A DNA stretch of 64,000 bases from Tubulanus polymorphus (lineage: Eukaryota > Animalia > Nemertea), in contig NC_134029.1 of the NCBI RefSeq assembly GCF_964204645.1, positions 124,001 through 188,000 of the forward strand, in the 5' to 3' direction. This document shows, piece after piece, positions 41,035 through 52,800 of this stretch (position 1 is its first letter; each line of letters begins with the position of its first letter). A program made the position numbers and the translations under genes. The notes beneath the pieces were generated by a model that saw only the letters and a list, made by a program, of their open reading frames with translations, had not been told where the DNA came from and made no database searches.

Positions 41035-44000
41035 ATGGCGTCACCGGATATGGACATCAATATGATATTTGATAAATTCACAATCGAAGAAATTCGTAAC
41101 ATTGAGAAAAAAACAAGGTTTGAATAAATATCAATCAATTTGTAAATAATCACTGATTATAGTTAAATTATATAAACCGATATTTATCTCAGGTTGGACA
41201 TAGAACGGAAGAAAGAAGATTTAAGACAGATGGTCGGGTATGTATTAGTGTATATATCAGTTACTAGGGGGCGCTGTCACAGTGATTAGTGTATATATGA
41301 CTCACTAGGGGGCGATGTATATTTACAGCGAGAGGTATCGGGATCTGATAGATGCGGCAGATACAATAACATCGATGAAAACTAGCGCTGATAACGCAAG
41401 TATTGATAATCAACCTGATCAACTGATAGTTTGATACGGTAGGTTTCAGTGTGTCGGTTTTTACTGTATTTACAGGTGATGAAATCAGTGAATAAAATAC
41501 AGGAATATTGTCAAACATTGAAACAGAATCAGATGATTAAAGGAGTTTCAGTTAGTTATAAAACATCTACTAATACCAACAAGTAAGATATACCTTCCTC
41601 AATAACTCATCAGTGTGAGTTCCTCAATAACTCATGTGTGAGTTCCTCAATAACTCATGTGTGAGTTCCTCAATAACTCATCAGTGTGAGTTCCTCAATA
41701 ACTCATGTGTGAGTTCCTCAATAACTCATCTGTGAGTTCCTCAATAACTCATCTGTGAGTTCCTCAATAACTCATGTGTGAGTTCCTCAATAACTCATCA
41801 GTGTGAGTTCCTCAATAACTCATCTGTGAGATCCTCAAACTCTTTCTGTATTCTGATTATTCTGTAGGAAGAGAACTGAATGTCGATTCCTGTCGATTGC
41901 TGCACAGATTAAACTGTTGTTGGACACACCAGAGAGGATATGGACAGAACTGGACAGCAGTGAATATTTAAAGGCTACTCAATTATATCTAGTAGCGAGA
42001 CACGTTCATACTTCATTACAACTAGATACACAACAATCAACAGCTATACACACGTGGTTTCCTGTCCTCACTCGCCAGTGGACGGCTATAAGTCACTTCA
42101 GAGCTAGTATACTACAGGTAAACTGTCCCCTCACTCGCCAGTGCAGGACTGCCTCATTCATTAATCCCTCACTCACCAGTGACTGATTTTGTAGGAATGT
42201 CGCCAAGTGCTGAAAGATTCATCTAAACCTGTGAAAGTGATCACAAACAGTTTATGTTCGATAATACTGTTAGAAGATTCGAATCCTAGACAAGTTTTCT
42301 ATGAATTCCTGCTCGCTAGGTCTGTAAGTATAAAACCTAGATCAGTTCGGTTAAAACATTGCTTTATGGTGAAACACTATGAGTTTGAGAAACCCACACT
42401 ACAATCTGAATAGTTTCCTTCAAGCTTATCATTTATTGATTTGATGTTTTGACTATAACCTAACATCAGTATTCCTGGACCCAGTTCCACAGTTGTGAGT
42501 TAGAGTTAACTCTGAGTTAAAGTTAGTTCATTTTCGATGAGTAAACTTGGAGTTAAATCTTAACTCGGAACTGTGGAACTGGACCCTGAAGATGACTATC
42601 AGATTATAGTCGAAACGTCAATTGAATAGATAATTAGTTTAAAGGAAACTTCTCAGATTCTAGTGTGGGATTCTTTATATAAACATTGCTTCCATTTCAT
42701 CTAATCTCAGTTCAACATTTCCTCTAATCCCAGTTCCACATTTCCTCTAATCCCAGTTCCACATTTCCTCTAATCTCAGTTCCACATTTCCTCTAATCTC
42801 AGTTCAACATTGATTTCTTGTCTGTATCTATTTTTCACAGAATTCGATTCTACAATTGTTTAAATTGGATCAACAATCAAACTCGATTAAATCACAAATC
42901 TGTTCAGTAGTGAATATACTGTGTACGACCATACAACAGATATATCAGATATTTCATAGCGACGACGAAGAGGAAACCACTGCTGTGAATGAGGAGATGA
43001 AGGAGGAGACAGAGGAGGTACACAACAACGGCAACATAAAAAATACTAATCTACTCGTGAAAACATTACAGGAAATATCTGAGAAACATAAAGCAGGTGA
43101 GTACACGATGAACCACTAGAGGGCGCTGGTTTAAATACTCTCTCAATATTGTGGCTTTTTGTCGAACTGTGGAATTGTTATCTATTTCAGAACAACTGTT
43201 ACAGAAAGATCATGTTGGAACTAGTATTCTAAAGTCTGTAGCTGGTAAGTATAGTTCTGGAGGCAGTTCCTCAATTATACAGTTAAAGTTAGCTACTGGA
43301 TAGATGCCTTAGTGACAATTAAAATTACATTGTAAACATGATGTTTGTCTCCACCAGTGTTAACTGTATCCTAGTTTAAGGTAACTGTAGTCACTAGTCT
43401 AGGTGTTTGTTTAGTTTAACTATTTCTAATTAAAACTTGATCGAAATAGATTTTCAGTTTATCGTACAAACTCCTATAACGGGAATATCGACCAATCAGC
43501 TTCGAGAGAAATCTCATCAGTGGTTAGAGACGTGTTTAAGAGACGTAACTGACGGTGTTTGTAAATTATTGAGTTACATCACGAGTATCCGGGCGATGAC
43601 CTCAATACGAGACGACATCTGGAATCAATTATCAAACTCTGAAATATCTCACGACTGGAATTCAATTTGTGAACGCGTTCTAAACAGAGATATCTCAATC
43701 TGGGACGATTTCCTGAGAAAACTGTTCATACAACGAGTCAATGTAAGTAAAATCGTCTATCCCTGAATATTGAGTACTACCTGAAACAGTCCCTGGCAAG
43801 TGTGTATTTTGTATTTATAGGAAATTCTCGAAGGCCAGTTTGACAACGCGTTACTGACTACAAATCAACATCTGGAGAAAATTCTCAATGAAATCATTGG
43901 TTCAGAGAGGTAAATAGCACTCTTCCATTCTCTCTCTCTCCCCTCTCCTCCCTTCTCTCTCTTCCCTTCTCTCGGTCTCTCTCTCCTCTCCCTCTCTCTC

Positions 44001-47000
44001 TCTCTCCCTCTCTCTTCTCTCCTCTCCCTCTCTCTCCCTCTCCTCTCTCCTCCCTTCTCTCGGTCTCTCTCTCCTCTCCCTCTCTCCCTCTCCTCCTCTC
44101 TCCTCCCTTCTCTCGGTCTCTCTCTCCTCTCCCTCTCTCCCTCTCTTCTTCTCTCCCTCTCTCTCTCCTCTCCCTCTCTCTCCCTCTCCTCCCTTCTCTC
44201 TCTCTCTCCCTCGCCACTCTCTTCTCTCTCCTCTCCCTCTCTCTCCTCTTTCCCTCTCTCTCTCCTCTCTTCTCTAAATCTCACGTCTATGTTGTATTTC
44301 AGAACTGTATCGTTGGATAGTGATTTAACCACTTACGTTTGGAAGGAACATATCTCAGATATAGCGAGTGGAGCTGCGTGGACGCCATCTATCTCTAAAT
44401 CACTAGCAGACGCTGCTGGATTAACTATGAAATCAAAGATGTATACGCCTAATTTACAAACGTAAGACTGACCCCCCTCAAAGTTTCCTCATTCTACGTC
44501 CTCCGATTCAGGAATCTGTGATCAGATTCTCTTTGATTTTTTTGTAGTTTGTGTAAAAATTTGGACAATAAACTGAAATCATTGTTGGAAGATATGAGTT
44601 ATTATACGACAGCGCCACCTGGTGAGACTCATCGTGATGCAGCAACTGCAGCTACAGGTGGAGTGTTTGACAGAACTGCTGATAATTTATCAATTCATTC
44701 ATTCTTACAAAACACTTGTGAACTCTGCATTAAGAGGTAGCGAAGTCATTCCATAAAATTCAACCAGTATTTTAACAATCCACCTTGAATATAAAGATGA
44801 TTTATTCAATTAATTATAGGTTGCTGGGTAATATAAACTCACTAGTAACGCAGTATAAATCATTGTTGTCATCGTCGAGGCAACAGGCATTGATAGATGG
44901 TATATTATTCTGCGGTAGATTGTGTCAGGCTATCGGAGATCTCTGTCCAAACATACAACAATGTATCATCGGTTTGAACAAACAATCGGACACAGTGAAG
45001 TAAGTAAACTAGCCTGGGTACCCTTACTCTTACTGGGAGTTACCCTTCTCTTACTGGGAGTTACCCTTACTCTTACTGGGAGTTACCCTTACTCTTACTC
45101 TATTTCTTACCAGAAGTTATCGGTATTGTTGTTATTGTGTTATAGGTCGAATCGTAGACATTCTAGTTTAACAACATCAAAGAGTAAAACAGCAGCAGCA
45201 GCAGACGACCCAAAATGGACAACAATTAAACAGTTACTGTCAGACGAGTCTTTATCAGCTTACAAGTGAGTGAAAATACGGAGGGAGGGGTAGGGGTAGA
45301 CATGGGGGAGGGGGAGGGTAGACTGACAGAGGGAGGGATAGGGGTAGACAAAGGGAGGGGGATGGGTAGACTGACAGAGAGGGAGAGGTAGACTGGTCCA
45401 TCTGATTCTAAAATGAAGTATGACAACGCTTATAGGTTTTGGAGTCACTGTTTTTAGGGCTTGTTTTGTGTTTTTAGGGTTTGGAGATGTTTCACATCAG
45501 ATTCAATGATAACGCAACTTAAACAGTGTTTACTGGATACAAGTTTACAAGGTTTACTACACAACTCTACTGTAAGTTAATCAGACTGATTACTCCAAGG
45601 TTACATACACAACTCCTACTCCTGCTGCTCCTACCGTTGCCGCTGCCGCTGCTGCTGCTGCTACTTGCGAGGTGTTTATATTGATTATTATATTATTTAG
45701 AAATGGGATGAAGTATCAATAGAAGAGGAATCAGAATCAGGACGAGTGATTCGTTCTAGTATTCATATTCCGATGCAGGTGTCGCCGTATATACAAACAT
45801 TTCTATACAATCTGTGCACAGAAATCAACAGGATCGGAGGCCATACTGTTAATAGGTAAGACTCATAATTCAGGCACTGATGCTTAGGCTTAAACTGCTA
45901 TGGGCTGAGACGTAAAGGAGTGGCTAAAAATTATGACCCCAGTCCGTAGATAGTAACAGTCCATCTGTGTAACCTCAATGTTTCTGTAATTGATCCGTGT
46001 AACCTCAATGTTTCTGTAATTGATCCGTGTAACCTCAATGTTTCTGTAATTGATCCGTGTAACCTCAATGTTTCTGTAATTGATCCGTGTAACCTCAATG
46101 TTTCTGTAATTGATCTGTGTAACCTCAATGTTTCTGTAATTGATCCGTGTAACCTCAATGTTTCTGTAATTGATCCGTGTAACCTCAATGTTTCTGTAAT
46201 TGATCCGTGTAACCTCAATGTTTCTGTAATTGATCCGTGTAACCTCAATGTTTCTGTAATTGATCCGTGTAACCTCAATGTTTCTGTAATTGATCCGTGT
46301 AACCTCAATGTTTCTGTAATTGATCTGTGTAACCTCAATGTTTCTGTAATTGATCTGTGTAACCTCAATGTTTCTGTAATTGATCCGTGTAACCTCAATG
46401 TTTCTGTAATTGATCCGTGTAACCTCAATGTTTCTGTAATTGATCCGTGTAACCTCAATGTTTCTGTAATTGATCTGTGTAACCTCAATGTTTCTGTAAT
46501 TGATCTGTGTAACCTCAATGTTTCTGTAATTGATCTGTGTAACCTCAATGTTTCTGTAATTGATCCGTGTAACCTCAATGTTTCTGTAATTGATCTGTGT
46601 AACCTCAATGTTTCTGTAATTGATCCGTGTAACCTCAATGTTTCTGTAATTGATCCGTGTAACCTCAATGTTTCTGTAATTGATCTGTGTAACCTCAATG
46701 TTTCTGTAATTGATCCGTGTAACCTCAATGTTTCTGTAATTGATCTGTGTAACCTCAATGTTTCTGTAATTGATCTGTGTAACCTCAATGTTTCTGTAAT
46801 TTATAGGAAAGTTTTATGTGAATTGATTGAACAAACAACTGATGAACTGGTGAATGTATACAGCGAGTGCATAAAACCACCCATAGATGGCGTGGCAGTC
46901 GTACCATTTACTCAGAATCGAGCGTTACAAATGCTGTTCGATATTAGATTCATTTCATACATGTTTCCACGAAAAGACGATTCTGCGGTAAGTGAAATCA

Positions 47001-48165
47001 GCGAAATCTGTGAAACCAGTCAAATCTGTAAAACTAGCGAATTCAGTGAAATCAGTCAAATCTGTGAAACCAGCGAAAACAGTCAAATCTGTAAAACCAG
47101 CGAAATCAGTAAAATCTGTTGAATCAGTGAAATCAGTAAAATCTGTAGAATCAGTGAAACCTCTATGTTGTGAATTTTTAATTGTTATTTCAGACGAATA
47201 AACTCTACCAGAAGAAACTGTTGGGAATTATTGAGGATTTAGAGAATCACATCGATCCGTTCGATTTAGACGTATTTATGCCTTACGTTCAATCGCACCT
47301 GACTAAACTGACCCAACGCTGCTCCGTAAATATCCATCATTCATCTATATCAATATAATTATTGATTGAATTGTTAATAAATTGATTGTTATTTGATTGA
47401 TTGTAGATGTTGTATGGCTCAATAGCCGGTTTAGACAAACCCGTTTCAATAACCAGTCGCAGCACGCCATCATCTACAACTACCAGTAACCAAGAACAAC
47501 ACAGCATTATTCAACTAACCAACAATCAAACACGGTTTTCATTGTTACCGTTGAGTACGACTAATTTAAATAAATCACATATTACTATTCCGAAGGTAAG
47601 ACTAAAACGAGGAAGTTCAACCAGGGGGACTTTTAGATATCGATATTGAATAATATTTTTACTGTTTTAAGGAAATTGAATCTAAAGATAAGGTACAGTA
47701 TATCGAATATATCCATGCCTCTTTCTGATTGGTCGTAGTTCACCACGCCCCCCTATCAATCAATCTATCAATCAAACAGATTCTGTCAATCAATCAAACA
47801 GGTTCTACCGGTGGTTGTGGGTTGTGTGATTAGTAGAGACCTTTCTCTCTTGCACTCTGTTTAATCTGACCCTTCCTCGCTCCCTTCATAGAGCACAGAC
47901 GATCAGTTGAATCTGACTCCATGAACCTTGTTATCCCTCCGCTGTTCGTCAAGTCTTTGGACTGCGGAACTGGATTCAGAATTCTACCCATACATGTATT
48001 TACAGTGATATGTTTATTTTTCAGTTGAATCAACCGACAGTAAATCAGAGTATGACGGATCTCAGCGATTTCCCTCCAGAATTCCAGAATTTACCCCCAA
48101 AACGAAATGAGTCGTTTTATAATCGATTGGGTACAATTTGGTTCTCGAACATTGGTGGAAAATAG
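41035..48165 (+). CDS. COG1: Conserved oligomeric Golgi complex subunit 1, multi-exon
   Basis: Exons give FTIEEIRNIEKKTR|LDIERKKEDLRQMVG|ERYRDLIDAADTI, IKLLLDTPERIW, FPVLTRQWTAISHFR, WDEVSIEEESESG, QNRALQMLFDIRF, IDPFDLDVFMP; stop TAG at 48163-48165. Confidence 0.95.
42478..42586. mobile_element. Short palindromic MITE-like element (ccagttccacagtt...aactgtggaactgg)
   Basis: Terminal inverted repeats of about 15 bp; related pieces at about 48832-48873, 59044-59078 and 10710-10764. Confidence 0.6.
45961..46800. repeat. 30-bp minisatellite (tgatccgtgtaacctcaatgtttctgtaat), about 28 copies, in a COG1 intron
   Basis: Directly visible; the last unit runs into the acceptor ttatag at 46806. Confidence 0.97.
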
Positions 48166-49344
48166 TCTTCAGTCTCCTCAACATTTCTCCTTTCTATCTG
48201 TGGTTTTAAGGGGCTATAATTTATTGCCGTTTCATATGATTGTAAAAATAATAAATAAATAATAAATAAATAATATATTTATCTCTTAATGAAGATCACA
48301 GTTATTTTTATTGGAAATATATAGTGTGTATACATAACATTATTATAATATTAATAATTATATTTATCTGTTTACTACAAAATGTCACTCAGTGAAAACA
48401 TGCGTACAATGGATTAATGTGGGAAAAATAAAAAAAACCAGTTTTGAAATTACAACAGTTTTTTGTTGTTTTTGTTTAATTCTCGATGAAATTTCGACGT
48501 TTAAAAAGATGGAGAACAGACATGGCTGGTAAGCCACGCCCATTGTGAAGATGGATGACGCATACAAACACCACGAATAATTTAAACTCAACAATATCGT
48601 AACCAATAGCGATGATGATATGTTAATTAGTAACTGATCACATTGTTACGCAATTTTGTTGCACAGATTTTATTAAAAACTTAACAGAAAATCAACTTCA
48701 TTCATTCAAACATTCACAACACAAGACGTCAGTTATATTTCGAATGTCGATCCATTCATCAATAAAAGTCTCTTAGTTCTGATCTATTTACAGAAATACT
48801 GAGTAGATATTGATTAGCGATCGATCAGGATCCAGTTCCACGTATGACTCGAGTTCGTTCATGTGTGGAACTGAGTGCTGTTCATTTACAGTTTTTATCT
48901 ATTGAGACCATTTTCATTCGTAATCTCGTCTTTATCTGACTAGATATTAGCTGTGTTTGTAGCCAATAGGGGCTGAAATATTTCAACAACCACTGGAGTA
49001 AAATAACAGCAATAAAATAGCGATGATGAGTGAATTGAATTTGTTCTAGATTTGAGCATTAATAAACTACGCGATGAATGATGATTATCTGTTTATAAAA
49101 TGATTGGTTAAAATAATTATCTAAAAATGCAAATTGAAGCAATAACTAAAAAAGCATTTTGAATCGGGGGGACTGGCTCCCTGATTTCAGGGAAGGAGGG
49201 CCCCACTTCCTCCCTGGTTACATCAAGCTCTATCGGTTTGAATTATTTACACTGGGATTGGATGAAAACAAACAGCTTGATCGTCCCAGGGATCTGGCTA
49301 AGTCGAACACAATGTAGGTGTAAGTAGCCTGCAGTAGGTGTAAG

Positions 49345-49523
49345 CCCACTGTAGGAGGGAGGCCCAGAGTGGGAGGGAGCCCACTGTAGGAGGGAGGCCC
49401 AGAGTGGGAGGGAGCCCACTGTAGGAGGGAGGCCCAGAGTGGGAGGGAGCCCACTGTAGGAGAGAGGCCAGAGTGGGAGGAAGCCCACTGTAGGAGGGTG
49501 GCTCAGAGTGGGAGGGAGGCCCA
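49345..49523. repeat. 35-bp G-rich minisatellite in the convertase 3' region
   Basis: cccactgtaggagggaggcccagagtgggagggag, 5 copies. Confidence 0.9.
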
Positions 49524-49812
49524 GGAGTCAGCCGGAGTTCATTCTTGTTTTCATTAAGAACAGATACTTTGGTGGAAAATGTTATTATTTGAAGTAAAAG
49601 AACTTTGTTTAATCCCGGCTACAGACAGACCTGGTCCAATTACCCAATCGAGGCTTGGATTTAAGATCAGTCTCAGTTCTATTCAGAGCCGGTCGGTCTG
49701 ACAGTTAAACCGTGTAAGTTTTAAACGCGCGCGTAGCCTGTAAGTAAGAGCTAACAGTAGTTTATACTGAGCAGTAAATATAAAAACATCTTATACTAAA
49801 ATCATCGTATTA

Positions 49813-52800
49813 TCAATCAATAATAACATCCTCATCACCAGGATACAGCTCCATTTCCTCTTCATTATCCCCCTCCTCATCATCGTTATAGTCATCTTTA
49901 GTTAATAATATTTTATCTGTGTGATGGTTGTATTTGGTTGGTAAAGCCTGATATCGGACTTCGGGTTTGAAACATAATAAACCATTTGAATACAACTGTA
50001 ACGCGCCGAATACAACGAAATATAAACACACTATAACGATACAACTCATTACCGCGACAACGCCAAAATAATGACTCGATAAGAGAACGTCGCTCCCGGT
50101 GATCGGAGACTGGCGATTCTCAATCCCGACCTCGAGCGGGGACAATTCTTTAATATTACGATCTTCTAAACAAATACCTGAAAATGACATCAGGTTTATA
50201 GATTAGTGATCCTCAACCACGTTTTACTGTTAACTGATTATAGCGTAAACCACCTACCTGAATCCGGATGACAATTACAGCAGTTATCTCTAACGGTATC
50301 CGAGCAACAGAGGACGCATTCACGACTCTGTTCGTTATAAACACGCGTAGGGTAACAGGAAGTACAATTACTAGATCCACGACCTTGACACGTACGACAT
50401 AGCGGGTCACATGACTTACATTCCTGTAATAATAGTGAGAATGTCGCGAGGATTTCTCCAATAAATTACCGTCTAACTTTAAAAACAATGTTTATACCTT
50501 CGATGAAATGCTGTAGTATTTATCTAATGGACAGGAAGGAACTCGTTGACATATTCCATTTATCAGCATGTAACCATGGTTACAACTTCTACAACTACGA
50601 GGACCTTCATCTGAATAGAGAGAGAGAGAGGAACACATTGAATAACAGCAGCGGCAGCAGACGGACAGATGGAGGGGCAGACGGGCAGATAGACAGCTTC
50701 AGAGAGATGAATCTTACCTGAACATGACCTACAGGTCCGGTGACATTTAAGGCACTGAGTTTTCAAAGATTTGTAATATCCGGCTGGACAATTATTTAAA
50801 CATCTACCGGATAATAAAACCTTCCCAGTCGCGCACACGGTACACTCATTAGAACTCAGTCCAGTACACTCTATACATAACTTACTACATCGTTTACAAA
50901 CACTAGATACATCTGGGTAAAACCTAGAAAACAGTTATAACAGAAACTATTTAAAGTATCTTCAAAATAGAGATTTTGTTATTATAATCATCGAGTTCTA
51001 TAACTGTGAAGTCCGGTAACAGATCCACTTTTATACATACCCCGAATTACATTTTGTTTGACATTCTCCATTTGATAAAACGAGACCATGTTCACATTTC
51101 GTGCATTCGTTTATTCGACCACCGGAACACCTGCGACAATTCATGTGACACTCGCGACACTCTGACACCTGCGATGCGTCCTGGCCGCGGTCCGTATGGA
51201 TATAATAACCTCTACCACAATGACTGACACATTCACCCTGATCTAAATACCTGCAAACAGATTAACCCTTTAGTCATTAATCCATTAATCTCCTTAAATC
51301 CATCTGACACAAAATCAACAAACATAGGTTTTAGGGCCATTTATATAAAGCATGTTTGCATCAATAGAAGAGTGAGAAGGGGGACTTGACATTTCTCCCT
51401 TCAAACTACTTCATGTATGACCCCTAAATCTAGGTGAAAGACTGGAGAAATTGGGTGAGATTTTGATATTTCTTACATGTTTTGTTTGCAGGATAAACAA
51501 TCAAATCTCGTTTCACTGCTGCATGTTTTACATTTGTTGTGACATCGATGACAAATTCCTGATTCATCTTTATATTCATCTAAAATACAATGACAATACA
51601 ATTCATTACTAATAACATCAAAGAGGATCAGTTTGATACGACCACAGTGAAAGGAGAGTAGTTTGAGGTGACCACAGTGAAAGGAGAGTAGTTTGATAAG
51701 ACCACAGTGAAAGGAGAGTAGTTTGATATGACCACAGTGAAAGGAGAGTAGTTTGATACGACCACAGTGAAAGGAGAGTAGTTTGAGGTGACCACAGTGA
51801 AAGGAGAGTAGTTTGAGGTGACCACAGTGAAAGGAGAGTAGTTTGATAAGACCACAGTGAAAGGAGAGTAGTTTGATATGACCACAGTGAAAGGAGAGTA
51901 GTTTGATACGACCACAGTGAAAGGAGAGTAGTTTGAGGTGACCACAGTGAAAGGAGAGTAGTTTGAGGTGACCACAGTGAAAGGAGAGTAGTTTGATAAG
52001 ACCACAGTGAAAGGAGAGTAGTTTGATATGACCACAGTGAAAGGAGAGTAGTTTGATACGACCACAGTGAAAGGAGAGTAGTTTGAGGTGACCACAGTGA
52101 AAGGAGAGTAGTTTGAGGTGACCACAGTGAAAGGAGAGTAGTTTGATACGACCACAGTGAAAGGAGAGTAGTTTGAGGTGACCACAGTGAAAGGAGAGTA
52201 GTTTGAGGTGACCACAGTGAAAGGAGAGTAGTTTGAGGTGACCACAGTGAAAGGAGAGTAGTTTGAGGTGACCACAGTGAAAGGAGAGTAGTTTGATAAG
52301 ACCACAGTGAAAGGAGAGTAGTTTGATATGACCACAGTGAAAGGAGAGTAGTTTGATACGACCACAGTGAAAGGAGAGTAGTTTGAGGTGACCACAGTGA
52401 AAGGAGAGTAGTTTGAGGTGACCACAGTGAAAGGAGAGTAGTTTGATACGACCACAGTGAAAGGAGAGTAGTTTGAGGTGACCACAGTGAAAGGAGAGTA
52501 GTTTGAGGTGACCACAGTGAAAGGAGTGTAGTTTGATGTGACCACAGTGAAAGGAGAGTAGTTTGAGGTGACCACAGTGAAAGCAGTGTAGTTTGAGGTG
52601 ACCACAGTGAAAGGAGAGTAGTTTGAGGTGACCACAGTGAAAGGAGAGTAGTTTGAGGTGACCACAGTGAAAGGAGAGTAGTTTGAGGTGACCACAGTGA
52701 AAGGAGAGTAGTTTGAGGTGACCACAGTGAAAGGAGAGTAGTTTGAGGTGACCACAGTGAAAGGAGAGTAGTTTGAGGTGACCACAGTGAAAGGAGAGTA

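Noticed and set aside
45931-46788. 285-aa repeat ORF (and similar ORFs at 57199-58323, 28185-29207, 36060-37070)
   Set aside because: Minisatellite translations with no unique domain.
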